Shown here one piece after another: positions 49,933-59,792 of a DNA stretch of 64,000 bases. Positions within the stretch are counted from its first letter, which is position 1; each line of letters opens with the position of its first letter. The translations under genes were made by a program, and so were the position numbers. Location: IMG/VR virus record IMGVR_UViG_3300047443_000199; one strand, given 5' to 3'. The stretch is from an uncultured virus (IMG/VR IMGVR_UViG_3300047443_000199). Its lineage: Duplodnaviria > Heunggongvirae > Uroviricota > Caudoviricetes. The notes under the pieces were generated by a model, which saw only the letters and a list, made by a program, of their open reading frames with translations, ran no database searches and was not told the origin of the DNA.

Positions 49933-50256
49933 CTATGAATTATGGAATTTGATACCAGCTTTCCTGGCCAAGAACTGGGTGTACAAACCACCGGTTACAT
50001 CAGCACCGATGACAGCGATTACGATGCCCAAGCCGGCGGCAAGATAAAAGTTGCTCCACAGCGCCATCGCGAGCAGCAGCGTGGCCATACCCAATAGTCC
50101 AGACGCAAGAAAACGCAGCGCTACACGCTGGAGGATCTGTCGAAGACCAAGGTCAGTACCTGAGGCTCTTAACATCTCCCCAGACAAACCGGCCATGCTC
50201 AACAATACCAACAGCCAAAGGGGCACATCGGCGAGAGCCTGATGCTCTGTGTTCAT
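49933..50256 (-). CDS. Holin
   Basis: Three hydrophobic segments; AGLSGEM motif; first gene of late operon. Confidence 0.82.
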   Translation of the reverse strand: MNTEHQALADVPLWLLVLLSMAGLSGEMLRASGTDLGLRQILQRVALRFLASGLLGMATLLLAMALWSNFYLAAGLGIVIAVIGADVTGGLYTQFLARKAGIKFHNS

Positions 50257-50974
50257 CTGTAGTCCTCGAAAAGGTTCGGCCTCCATGTCCCTTTCATCCG
50301 CTTGGAGCAAAGAGCGAGGCCTGGGGCCAAAAACGAAAAAGCCCTGCTCGACGGCAGGGCTTATAAATGGGCACAAAAAACCCGACTCAATGGGCGGTTT
50401 TTTGAAAAGCGTCTCGCAGCAACACACGCTGCTATAAAAGCAGGTCTATTCCGTGCGGAAAAGAATTTTCGCAGCTAATGCGAAATTGCGCCTAACTCGA
50501 GCACATATTTGATATTCGACCTGACCATCGATTCATACATCCGGCGTTCGAGTTCGTCTAATAAGCGGATGATACCGTCACAATTGTTGTTTGCCGGTCA
50601 GCACCACACCGTGATACCGGCAGGCATTTCATTGGCCGCCTTCACTTTCTACAACTTACTCGCAATACATTTTATTTATAGCCACCCCAAACAAAAAATA
50701 TAGAAAATCTTATAGCTCGTTATTTATCTGCCACATTTAAAATTTGCAAAGCCGAATACAAACAAAGCACGCAGCACAACCCAAAGAAGCGAGCAATTAT
50801 TAAAAATTGGAATAAACATTATATCAAATCACAATCATAACGGCGCCAATGTGTAAACCACCTGAAACAGACCACCTAAATTCATCAAATTCCCGAAATG
50901 AAATTTGCACTCTTCCAGAGCGTGAGCTAAACCAATGCTCGCCACCTTGATCCAACAACACAAGGAGTCTAAGC

Positions 50975-52408
50975 ATGTACATTTTCGCAAACAGCCCAGT
51001 GAGAGATATCAGCTTTGGGCAAGCATTAAAGTTGTCGCTAGACAGCTACTATGACTTGTTAAAAGGTCAAGTAGCATCTCTTCAAGCCGATGAATTTCTA
51101 CAATTAAAACTAGTCGCCGACATGATTGACTTGTCGCTTGAAGAAAAAGCTTCAAAAGGAGGATATGTTTGGTACTCCTACCACAACCTCCTTGAACGCT
51201 CTGACGTTGCAATAGAACCCAAAGCGGTTTCAGACTCGGCAACCGTTGGGCTTGAACTTTTATCAGATATTTATGGTCGATTTTTAAGGCGTCTAAGAAA
51301 ATACGCGATAGCAAAAGAGCTAACACCTCAGGAGCAACTTCACGTACATGACATCGAAAATCAAATTGACGCTCTTAAAAAAGAGTGCGATGGACTGGTA
51401 CTTGATGATAGAGCTCGATGGGAGAAAATCGCACCTGCAATGGGGTACAGTGTTGGCGACTGGACTGCATATCGACAATGGAGCAACATGAATGGAAGCA
51501 TTCGTAAAATACAAGAGAAGTATGACAAAATCAGGAAGTTAACGTTTGACAAAAAAACGATACTTAATCGCCAATACCCAGACGCAGCCGATAAAGAAAT
51601 AATTGACGCAGAGTTCGATTATGACAACCCAATGACCAAACTCCGGTACCCCATTTGGCCAGATTATACATACCCTGAAGGCGATTCATTTAGTCCAAGC
51701 TACCTATCAGGACTCGGAGGCGGATCGACAGCTCTATTTGCTGATCGCTACGTTGCAAAATTCGGACAAACACTTAAAACTATAAAAAGAGCAGGTACCG
51801 GTACGTTGGTTGGATCGCTTGACAAACAGACTGCCGCATCTACTTCGATTACCACAGATTGGTCTGCATCAGGGAGTGGTAGCTATGGCTTTATCTCTGC
51901 AAACGTATCAGCCTCAGAGCACAGACAAATACAGGAAGATTTTAAAAAAGGCGTTACAATAAACGTTGGAGCAGCGAGTGCAAGTAGAGTGGGAGTCACT
52001 TTCCCGTCATGGTTCAAACCTACTCTTTTTAAACATAAACATGTAACTGACAACCCTCATGATTTCTTGGAGTTTTTTGGAGAAAAAGGTTCACTCCGAT
52101 ATTACCCAACAGCACTTATTGTGGTGCGAGGATTCTCAATCGAGTTCATCTCAACACAGGCCTGGACATACGATTATGATAAAAGGTTCAGTGCTTCAGG
52201 CGGGGGAGGCTTCAGTTCATTTGGAATTTCATTTGGTTCCTCGGCAAGCTATAGCTCCCACATCAAAGAGCATCAGGTTGATACAAGCAACACAACCCTG
52301 AAATTTTATGATGATGCAGACACTGTTCGATTTGTGGGTTATGCAGTCAAAAAAAATGACGTCCTATCTAGCGCCATCGAGAATGGCGTTAGAGGACTTG
52401 GCATTTAA
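50975..52408 (+). CDS. 477-aa low-GC moron protein
   Basis: AAGGAG RBS; AT-rich upstream region; antisense to late operon. Confidence 0.85.
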   Translation: MYIFANSPVRDISFGQALKLSLDSYYDLLKGQVASLQADEFLQLKLVADMIDLSLEEKASKGGYVWYSYHNLLERSDVAIEPKAVSDSATVGLELLSDIYGRFLRRLRKYAIAKELTPQEQLHVHDIENQIDALKKECDGLVLDDRARWEKIAPAMGYSVGDWTAYRQWSNMNGSIRKIQEKYDKIRKLTFDKKTILNRQYPDAADKEIIDAEFDYDNPMTKLRYPIWPDYTYPEGDSFSPSYLSGLGGGSTALFADRYVAKFGQTLKTIKRAGTGTLVGSLDKQTAASTSITTDWSASGSGSYGFISANVSASEHRQIQEDFKKGVTINVGAASASRVGVTFPSWFKPTLFKHKHVTDNPHDFLEFFGEKGSLRYYPTALIVVRGFSIEFISTQAWTYDYDKRFSASGGGGFSSFGISFGSSASYSSHIKEHQVDTSNTTLKFYDDADTVRFVGYAVKKNDVLSSAIENGVRGLGI

Positions 52409-52409
52409 A

Positions 52410-52856
52410 ATGCGAACCCGCGACGTAAAAAAAGACTGCACTTATAGGTTCGTTCCTATAAGCATTACTTTGCTATTCTTAGCAAGTTGTACAACAGTCG
52501 TATTACCGCTCTGTCCGACCGTTGCGAGAATTAGCTACTCAAATAACGAAGAGGATGTTGCAATAAATCGTCTCATCATCCAAGAGGCAAAAACCAGACA
52601 GATAGAGATAAATCAACTATCGTGGTTTGCTGCCGAATTTAGTGGATACGCGCCATCGGTAGCGGCCTTTAAGAAAAACTATCGATACATGCTTTGCGCA
52701 TTTAATCCAAGCAATCCAAAAATACTTCAAGACAAGGTGAGGGGAACTTATCAAACTTGCATGACCCACGCGGCAGAATGGATTGAAAAAACAACATCCG
52801 GGCCAGAAATTCTCATGACAACCGATTTTTATGAGAACTGTGCCATCCGCGACTAA
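52410..52856 (+). CDS. Putative lipoprotein, partner of 477-aa moron
   Basis: Starts 1 nt after upstream stop; ITLLFLASC lipobox. Confidence 0.7.
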   Translation: MRTRDVKKDCTYRFVPISITLLFLASCTTVVLPLCPTVARISYSNNEEDVAINRLIIQEAKTRQIEINQLSWFAAEFSGYAPSVAAFKKNYRYMLCAFNPSNPKILQDKVRGTYQTCMTHAAEWIEKTTSGPEILMTTDFYENCAIRD

Positions 52857-53091
52857 ACATGAATACTTGCCCTGGATCCCTCAGGGCTTGTTTTATTTTC
52901 GATTTTACGCTTCGCACGCATGGTGGAACGCCGACCAATGTACTTTCAAGCACCGACTGTGTTTTTTGTGTCCGAAGACCAAAGTAGCAATCGTGCCTAT
53001 CTAGCCGCATGGTCGACTCAGTTTGCATATGCATGACTTTCGGAAAATTATAAATTTCCCTCTGGCCCTACTCTACATTTAAGATGATCGA

Positions 53092-53481
53092 TCAAGCAGC
53101 TTTCCGTATTGCATCGATAGCACAATCGATCCATGCCGCTCCTGCTCTCGCCAATTCCCGCGCCTTGCCTTCACTTATGCCGTAGTGCTTGCCAACCCGA
53201 AGCATGGGCCATTTAGCACCGTAGTAAAGCCAAATAATATCGCCCATTTGTCGGTCACGATGTGAGAGCCGCGCAATCGCGCTATCAATAGCTCCGGCCC
53301 ATTCATCTGTGATGCAATAGCTCTTGCTCGCCGACACTTGCGGCATCGCCTGACGCATTAGCGCAAAAGTCGGTGAGATATAGGTTGGGACACCGGCCCC
53401 ATCCATCCGCCACCAACCCCACTGCTCCAGCAGGTATTCGGTATCACCTAAAGGTCGACCTGCCGGCTTTCGAATCATCAT
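53092..53481 (-). CDS. Antiterminator Q-like protein
   Basis: LLEQWGWW...ITDE.A..ID..IARL...AWID. Confidence 0.88.
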   Translation of the reverse strand: MMIRKPAGRPLGDTEYLLEQWGWWRMDGAGVPTYISPTFALMRQAMPQVSASKSYCITDEWAGAIDSAIARLSHRDRQMGDIIWLYYGAKWPMLRVGKHYGISEGKARELARAGAAWIDCAIDAIRKAA

Positions 53482-53560
53482 GCTCTCAATCCCCTGTGTA
53501 ATTTGTGCCGCCGGCACCGAGACGGTTGTTCATTTGGTGATACTCGGCCTGGTCAGATAT

Positions 53561-53806
53561 CTACGAGCTCTGCTTGAGAACTTCAATTTCACGCTGAGCC
53601 TGCTGCAATTTGAAACTTAACTGGGTGACTAACTCGTCCGAAGAAAGCACCAACCTGCTGCCCAAAACAACCCAACCTGAGCCGTTGCATGCGGTACAAA
53701 TCTGCTCATAAAACACCCCTTCCACTACCGCTTTGCGCTTGCAGATCGAGCAAGGCTCCAGCTCGATCCGCTCCCTCTTAATGCCAAGCCCCTGCGCTTT
53801 CTGCAT
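53561..53806 (-). CDS. Zn-finger phage protein, possibly shortened by a nonsense codon
   Basis: CSIC...CTACNGSG; frame stays open past TAG (..NNRLGAGGTNYTGD*) up to the Q start region. Confidence 0.65.
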   Translation of the reverse strand: MQKAQGLGIKRERIELEPCSICKRKAVVEGVFYEQICTACNGSGWVVLGSRLVLSSDELVTQLSFKLQQAQREIEVLKQSS

Positions 53807-53845
53807 GTTTGAATCCTCTTGTAAGATTAATTTCTGTTTTCGGCT

Positions 53846-55123
53846 TCAGGCCAACCAGCCCGAGGGGTCCAGGGCAACCGGCTTACTCGCGCGTCTTGCT
53901 CCTGTCTTGTCCTGCAATGCATCAAAACCCTGTGCGTCGAGCCAGCCGTGCCACCGCTCCAGGGCGTTGCGCTTTACCACCTCGCCCATCGCCTGAAAGT
54001 AGGTGCGCTCCAGTTCGGTCAGGGCGTGATTGAGTAGTAGTTTTCCCACCAGTGAATCGACACCGAGGTTGGCCCAGATGGAAGGCGCCAGTTTGCGCAG
54101 GTCGTGACTGGTCCACTCGCCCGCTCCCAATCGGGCAAAAATGGCAAAGGCCTGGCTGCGTGACATCGGGCGCCCCGCACGTGAAGTCGCCGGAAACAGG
54201 TACGCCCCGTCGTAACCCTGGGCCCGCTGCTGCGCACGGTAACGTTCCAGAAAAGCTACGGCCTGCGTGGTCAACGGCAACAGGTGGTCGCGCTTGGATT
54301 TGGTGTCATCGGCCGGGATGAACCACTCCCCCGCATCCAAGTGGATGTTTTTCCACTTGGCCAGACGGGTTTCGGTGATCCGCGTAGCATGGGTCAGCAT
54401 CAACACCAGCAGCGTCACGGCCGCCGGTTCCGTGGTGAACGCTTCACCCCATTCGGCCAGCAGGTCCACCACGGCGACGTGTCGCAAGCGCGCGCCCTTG
54501 GGCTTGATTTTGGCCTTGGTGAAGTGACTGAACGACACCCCAAGCAGTGGATTCACGGTGATCTTTTTCAGCGTTAAGGCGGCGCCAAACACCACCTTCA
54601 GTACGTCCAACACCGACTTGACGTAGGACAGGCTGTACTCGGCCTGCATGTGCCAGACCAAGTGTCGGTCCAAGGTATCGGCATTGAGTTTGCACAAGGG
54701 CAAATCACCCAGCGCGGGGAACAATTGGCAGCGGATCGCTGACAACGACGATCCCCGGCGGCTTTTGGACAAACTGTTATCAGTGTTCAGGCGGGCCGCA
54801 TACCACTCCAACACCTGCCCGACCCGCTCCCAGCCATCCACCGTGGCAGCAGCCGATGGATCGGCCAACAACCGGGCCTGCACTACCGGTAAGTTGTCGA
54901 GCATGACCCGCGCCGGCACGTCGGGCCAGTTGGCAGCCTTTTTCCATTTGGCGCCCTTGTCGAAACGCACCAGGTGCCAACTGCCTTTGCTGCGGTCATG
55001 ACGGTAACGAAAGCGCAGCGGGTGCCGAGGATCCTTCAGCTCGGTAATGGTCGGGTCGATGGCATGTTGTTTGATGACGGCATCCGACAGTTTCACAGTC
55101 AGGGTTTTCAAAGGAGCAGTCAT
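53846..55123 (-). CDS. Internal tyrosine recombinase/integrase-like protein
   Basis: TRITE, TKSK, HDLRK, LNH, ERTY. Confidence 0.88.
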   Translation of the reverse strand: MTAPLKTLTVKLSDAVIKQHAIDPTITELKDPRHPLRFRYRHDRSKGSWHLVRFDKGAKWKKAANWPDVPARVMLDNLPVVQARLLADPSAAATVDGWERVGQVLEWYAARLNTDNSLSKSRRGSSLSAIRCQLFPALGDLPLCKLNADTLDRHLVWHMQAEYSLSYVKSVLDVLKVVFGAALTLKKITVNPLLGVSFSHFTKAKIKPKGARLRHVAVVDLLAEWGEAFTTEPAAVTLLVLMLTHATRITETRLAKWKNIHLDAGEWFIPADDTKSKRDHLLPLTTQAVAFLERYRAQQRAQGYDGAYLFPATSRAGRPMSRSQAFAIFARLGAGEWTSHDLRKLAPSIWANLGVDSLVGKLLLNHALTELERTYFQAMGEVVKRNALERWHGWLDAQGFDALQDKTGARRASKPVALDPSGWLA

Positions 55124-55359
55124 TGGTCATCGCCCCTTTTGCCAAGCAGGTCAACCACTTCAAATGTCGAGGGCCACATCCAGGCGCCGTAGCGCTCGGC
55201 CATTGCCTGGTCAACGAACAACGCCAATGCGTGATCGGGGGTGCTGCCCAAGTCCACCTTGTATGAACAGCAGAACACGGCAAACCGATAGTTTGCCGAA
55301 TCCGGAATAGCCAAACGGCGATCAGGCATCTCCAAGCTGATCCCCATGCGCTTGCCCAT
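55120..55359 (-). CDS. Phage hypothetical protein
   Basis: Coupled to both neighbours. Confidence 0.7.
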   Translation of the reverse strand: MGKRMGISLEMPDRRLAIPDSANYRFAVFCCSYKVDLGSTPDHALALFVDQAMAERYGAWMWPSTFEVVDLLGKRGDDQ

Positions 55360-55859
55360 TAGCCCCCCTTCAGCAGAGATTGCAGGAGCTTGAATTTGTC
55401 GAGTGCTTCAGCATTGACCTCGCGCTCTACCTCAACGGACAACGCCACTTCCTCGATACGCGCGGCGAGCTTTTTCATGCGCTGACCGACCTCCTCGGCA
55501 AAGCTGATTACCTCGCCAGACAGCACCGCCAATGTATCCAGAGCGCTACCCCCGGGTTTCTTGGTGGTAGCCACGGCCGGCTTGGTTTCTTTCGACATGC
55601 TCTGTTCTCTCTGGGACGTGATGGTGATGGCGGTGCGCTGGAAGTGTCCGTTAACGGGTTCGCGAATGAGACCTGCATCCTTCAACTCGCCCAGGCCGCG
55701 ACGTACGGCCGGAAACTGGGCACCCGTGGTTTCGGCAACCATCAACGAATTGAAAATATCGTGAGCAGTCCAGCGCTCCTGGATTGGCACGACTTGAAAT
55801 ACTTTGCGGGCGAGCGACGATTGCCCGGCGAGCAAGTTTTGTTGCTTGGCGGCGTTCAT
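55359..55859 (-). CDS. wHTH-like phage protein
   Basis: VRRGLGELKDAGLIRE; coupled to ATPase gene. Confidence 0.75.
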   Translation of the reverse strand: MNAAKQQNLLAGQSSLARKVFQVVPIQERWTAHDIFNSLMVAETTGAQFPAVRRGLGELKDAGLIREPVNGHFQRTAITITSQREQSMSKETKPAVATTKKPGGSALDTLAVLSGEVISFAEEVGQRMKKLAARIEEVALSVEVEREVNAEALDKFKLLQSLLKGG

Positions 55860-56641
55860 CAGAAGCCCTCCTTACCGCGTTGAGATTCCCATTCGAATGC
55901 CACACCGATGCAGCCGTTTTCGCGGATGCGGTCGACACAGCGCGCACCAATGGCGTCGTTTAGTTCGGTGGGAGACAGGTTGCTGACGATGATCGTCGGA
56001 CGGCATTGCTCGTAACGACCATTGATGATGCTGAATAGAGTGGCCAGCTCGAACTCGCTCTGCTTGGTTGCACCAACTTCATCGAGCACCAGCAGGTCCG
56101 CGCCAATCACCTCACGCAAGATGTGCGCCTCGGACTCGCCCGAGCGATCATTGAACGTCGCTCGAATCTCGCCGATGAGCGTGCCCACCGTGCGGTAAAT
56201 CGCCTTGACCATGCATTCGTTGATCAGGTGACTGGCCGAAGCAATAGCCAGGTGGGTCTTGCCGGTACCGACCTTCCCCAACAGCAACATGCAGCGACCT
56301 TCCCGGCGATGCTTCGAAAAGTTGTCGACGTAGTCGGTGCACGCATCCAGGGCAATCTGCTGGGCCGGATTCGACACGACGAAATCGGCGAATGTCTTTT
56401 CCGCGAAACGCTTCGGAATCCGGGCGCTTGAGTGCTGAACTATCCGAAACTGAGAGCGCTTGCGCTGAAGTTCTAGCATGTCGCGTTTGTTGCTCGCGCA
56501 GATGGGACAACCAGACAGGCTTCCGCACTTGAGGATGACCGCCGAGTAACCACCATGATCCAAGCAGCTTGCTGGCTGACGGCCGATGACGCCGAATTTG
56601 CGGTCCATGTGAGTGCCGAGGTTAGAGACGGAAGGTGCCAT
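55859..56641 (-). CDS. DnaC/IstB-like helicase loader ATPase
   Basis: GKVGTGKTHLA, LLVLDEVG, SNL, DRIRE. Confidence 0.92.
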   Translation of the reverse strand: MAPSVSNLGTHMDRKFGVIGRQPASCLDHGGYSAVILKCGSLSGCPICASNKRDMLELQRKRSQFRIVQHSSARIPKRFAEKTFADFVVSNPAQQIALDACTDYVDNFSKHRREGRCMLLLGKVGTGKTHLAIASASHLINECMVKAIYRTVGTLIGEIRATFNDRSGESEAHILREVIGADLLVLDEVGATKQSEFELATLFSIINGRYEQCRPTIIVSNLSPTELNDAIGARCVDRIRENGCIGVAFEWESQRGKEGF

Positions 56642-57473
56642 TGGCGTTCTCCTTGGTGCCGGCCTTGTAATCGCGAGTGTCAAAGCCGGAATGGCGACTG
56701 GTCGGAAGTGGTGCGGGGATGACTGCTTTGTCGGGGAAGATCCCCGTCCATCCATTGCTGATCGAAAGGGACAGAACGGAATCGGGGGCTGGATGGTTCG
56801 CCAAGGCCTTGGCCTGTTGTTCGCAGCTCTTGGCGGTGAGGGGTTTGTGGATTTCCTTGCGGTGCTGGCACCAATCGCCCCAAACCTCGACGCTGACGTT
56901 TTCCGGTTTGGCGGTCAGCGGGTTGAATTTTGACGATTTGCCTGGCGCGTTAGCGCCCTGATTTTCCTGATTACTGGTTACCTGATTGGTACCCTGATTA
57001 CTGGTATCCTGATTTGTCGGAGATTTTTCCGACCCTCCTCGGATATTTTTCCGACCCTGTTCGGATTTTTTTCCGACCTTGCTCGGAGTTTCTTCCGAGG
57101 TAGATCGGATTTTTTTCCGACTCTCAAACGCCTCAGAGGTCGGATATTTTTCCGACCCGTCCAGCTTGCGATTCCACTCTTTCGCCTTCTCGGTCAAGCG
57201 AAACAACGAGACGTTTGCAGTGCTGGATAACTCCACCAGACCTGCCCTTTCGAGCCCTTTGAGAAGTCGATACGCGGTATCTGGCTTGTCGGTGAGCAGG
57301 GGCAATTCCTCAATGATCTTTGCCTTGGTCAAGACAAAGAAAATCCCGTTATCGGTCTTGATTGGTTTTGCCCAGCTAGGACATTCGTAGACAAAGGAAA
57401 ACAGCAGCGCCTGTTGGGAGTTCAACCCCCACTCCAGCGCTTTCACTTGGTTGATCGCGATCGTGAACTGCAT
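56622..57473 (-). CDS. Phage replication initiator
   Basis: N-terminal wHTH, internal iterons, SISNGWTGIF C-domain. Confidence 0.88.
   Translation of the reverse strand: MQFTIAINQVKALEWGLNSQQALLFSFVYECPSWAKPIKTDNGIFFVLTKAKIIEELPLLTDKPDTAYRLLKGLERAGLVELSSTANVSLFRLTEKAKEWNRKLDGSEKYPTSEAFESRKKIRSTSEETPSKVGKKSEQGRKNIRGGSEKSPTNQDTSNQGTNQVTSNQENQGANAPGKSSKFNPLTAKPENVSVEVWGDWCQHRKEIHKPLTAKSCEQQAKALANHPAPDSVLSLSISNGWTGIFPDKAVIPAPLPTSRHSGFDTRDYKAGTKENANGTFRL
56956..57155. repeat. Replication origin: iterons and CCTGATT repeats
   Basis: TCGGA-N-TCCGA palindromes at 57017, 57039, 57061, 57083, 57105 (22-bp period) and 57140. Confidence 0.85.
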
Positions 57474-57474
57474 G

Positions 57475-57972
57475 TCAGCCCTTCCCGCTTGGCGTTCGGG
57501 CTGGGCGTTTCGACTTGTGCAACTCAATAAGTGCGGTCACCTCCTCGTGCCGGGCAGCCAAGTGTTTCGCGTGCAAGGCCAGAATCTCTGCGGCTTCCAC
57601 TGCAGTGATTTCTCCGTCCTCCAGCGCCAGGGCAAGAAACTGGTCAACGCGGCCGCGCTTCACAGAAGTACGTAAAGAGCGCTGGTGCATGTCTACGTTG
57701 TCCAGCTCACCAACCTCAGGCAAGCGAACAAATACGCCGCCGTACATCGCGCAGATGTAGTCCGGCAAGAAGGTGGTTTTGGCTTCAGTCTCAAGCGTGC
57801 AGACCTCATCGTCGGTGAGGGGCCTGACACCTGCCGACTCGTAAATCCGGTTCTTGAAGCGCTTGAGATTCTCTTCGCCAAGAAAGTCAGAGGCGTACGC
57901 AAGCCCGCCTGGGAATGCATTGGCAGAGGCAATGACTGCTTTGCGACGGGTGTCTAGCACTGGCGATTTCAT
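57475..57972 (-). CDS. CII-like (YmfL-type) regulator
   Basis: Position after cro; DGEITAVE C-terminus. Confidence 0.75.
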   Translation of the reverse strand: MKSPVLDTRRKAVIASANAFPGGLAYASDFLGEENLKRFKNRIYESAGVRPLTDDEVCTLETEAKTTFLPDYICAMYGGVFVRLPEVGELDNVDMHQRSLRTSVKRGRVDQFLALALEDGEITAVEAAEILALHAKHLAARHEEVTALIELHKSKRPARTPSGKG

Positions 57973-58012
57973 CGTCTAGTTTTCTCTCGGCGCCGTTGCG
58001 CTCAAAGTTTGC

Positions 58013-58234
58013 TCATGAAATGGGCAGCATCCGGCGACGCGACCTTTTTGCGCTTTGGACCGGGAATGGTCTGAACTCTTCAGCTGTGAAAGAACCATCT
58101 GCGTGCTCAGTAACAAAAATGTCACGGCCAACCTGCAGAGCTTTGTTGAGCGACCCTTGGGACATCCCAAGCAGATTTGCTGCGTTGGTTTGCCCGCGTG
58201 CACGAGCAAACTCATCCAGACTTTTTCGGCTCAT
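58013..58234 (-). CDS. cro: Cro repressor
   Basis: GQTNAANLLGMSQGSLNKAL...EEFRPFP, lambda Cro-like. Confidence 0.9.
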   Translation of the reverse strand: MSRKSLDEFARARGQTNAANLLGMSQGSLNKALQVGRDIFVTEHADGSFTAEEFRPFPVQSAKRSRRRMLPIS

Positions 58235-58267
58235 CTCGCCGATCTCCTTTATTAAACATCCAACAAG

Positions 58268-58332
58268 TATCTCCGGCGGAATTTAATTAATCAAGCCCGG
58301 CGGCATTTGATTAAATATCGCCGCTAGGAATA
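58268..58332. promoter_or_regulatory. Operator region between cro and cI (OR-like)
   Basis: Three related sites CTCCGGCGGAAT, CCCGGCGGCAT, CGCCGCTAGGAAT. Confidence 0.7.
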
Positions 58333-58340
58333 ATCGTGGA

Positions 58341-59063
58341 ATGAAAAAACGCGAACTCGAAGACTGGGAAAAAGAAGAGTGCTCGGCACTCAAAGCGGCT
58401 GTGGATGCCTTCAACACAGGCAAGTCGCGGCGTGACGCCCTGACACAGGGAAAGATCGCAGATGCCCTAGGCATAAATCAGGGCTCCGTCAGTTCGTACC
58501 TGAACGGCTACAACGCACTGAATGCGAAAGTCGCTAGCGCAATTGCCGGATTGATTTCCAAGCCCGTGGAGTCATTCAGCCCTCGACTGGCTGATGAGAT
58601 TGCGAAAATGGCGCAGTCCAGCTTCGAATCTAATGTCGAGGCTGGCCCCCCCATCTATTCCTCACCTCGCAGAATCAATATCGAAGGCACCGCACAGCTC
58701 GGCAGTGAGGGATATTGGACAAGCCTTGACCAGGCAGCTGGCTGGGTTGAGACCTACTCCAGAGATGAGGACGCCTACGCACTTCGGCTCAAGGGTGACT
58801 CAATGGCACCAGCAATCCGTAGCGGGTGGGTCGCTGTCTGCGAACCCAATCACCGCCTAGTGCCGGGTGAGTATGTAATGGTCACCACCGTTGATGGACA
58901 AAGCATGGTTAAAGAACTTCTCTTCGAGACCGAAGAAGAGGTCAGCCTCATGTCGATCAACTCGGCTTACGGCGAGCGGCTGACAGTAGCTCGGGTTGAT
59001 ATCGAGAAAATCCATTACGTAGGGGCAATTCTTGCCCCCAGCAAGGTGCTGGGCAGAATCTAA
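58341..59063 (+). CDS. cI: CI repressor with S24 peptidase domain
   Basis: HTH TQGKIADALGINQGSVS; KGDSMAP; MVKEL. Confidence 0.95.
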   Translation: MKKRELEDWEKEECSALKAAVDAFNTGKSRRDALTQGKIADALGINQGSVSSYLNGYNALNAKVASAIAGLISKPVESFSPRLADEIAKMAQSSFESNVEAGPPIYSSPRRINIEGTAQLGSEGYWTSLDQAAGWVETYSRDEDAYALRLKGDSMAPAIRSGWVAVCEPNHRLVPGEYVMVTTVDGQSMVKELLFETEEEVSLMSINSAYGERLTVARVDIEKIHYVGAILAPSKVLGRI

Positions 59064-59112
59064 ATTTGAGCCCTTCGATTTGTCTCTAATTCCCTTGGAC
59101 ACCTCCCTCCTG

Positions 59113-59138
59113 AAGCCCGCAAATTGCGGGCTTTTCTC
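59113..59138 (+). terminator. Terminator after cI
   Basis: AAGCCCGCAAATTGCGGGCTTTT. Confidence 0.8.
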
Positions 59139-59225
59139 TGTTAAATAATTGTTTTTAATCGTTAATCTTTAGCGCTTAGGGTTCAAGCCATTCACTGTGT
59201 ATCCATACATAAAAGGAGCAGTGCT

Positions 59226-59474
59226 ATGGCAAAGCCAAAAAACAAACCAACACCGCCAAACTCGTTTGAGCTTCTTGGATTCCGCATCCAAAAAATCATC
59301 AGCGCCCCCGCTGCCCAAAAACGAAAAACCGTAGTCATTTGCAAGGAAGCAGATGAATGCCTTAAGGACTGGAAACGGCTCCTTGAAGAGATAGCAGAAA
59401 CCGAGCACGTACTAGTGCATCGAGAAGATGACTGCGCCGCGCGCATCTCTTGGGACCTCCCCGCAAATATCTAG
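59226..59474 (+). CDS. DUF1654-like protein
   Basis: SFELLGFRIQKII.AP.AQK; followed by terminator at ~59482-59508. Confidence 0.7.
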   Translation: MAKPKNKPTPPNSFELLGFRIQKIISAPAAQKRKTVVICKEADECLKDWKRLLEEIAETEHVLVHREDDCAARISWDLPANI

Positions 59475-59521
59475 CCCAAAGCAAGCCCGTCCAACACGGG
59501 CTTTTTTCATAGAGCGGAATT

Positions 59522-59583
59522 ATATCTCCGGCGGCATTGACTTTAAATATCCCCGGCGGCAATATTTGTCCGCCGCAGCGAAT
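59522..59583. promoter_or_regulatory. Second operator/promoter (OL/PL-like)
   Basis: CTCCGGCGGCAT, CCCCGGCGGCAAT sites around TTGACT -35. Confidence 0.7.
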
Positions 59584-59792
59584 CGCAGCGGCAATACGGG
59601 GCCACCCGCCGCTCTTTAACAACCCAATCGATTCAAAGCTGCCAGCTGCAAAAAGACTAACGCACCAGGCGTGGGCGACTCCCACCTAAGTGCGCCGTAT
59701 CTGAGTCCCGCTGACAGCCCAAACAGATTTCACTACATGGCCTTGGCAACAGGGCCATGTGGGAAATCCCATCCCCTGTATGAGGAAACACC

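Noticed and set aside
57017..57155. CRISPR array
   Set aside because: 22-bp period with ~6-bp spacers inside a coding gene and no cas genes; these are iterons.
59195..59210. LexA box upstream of DUF1654-like gene
   Set aside because: CTGTGTATCCATACAT ends CAT rather than CAG; at best degenerate.
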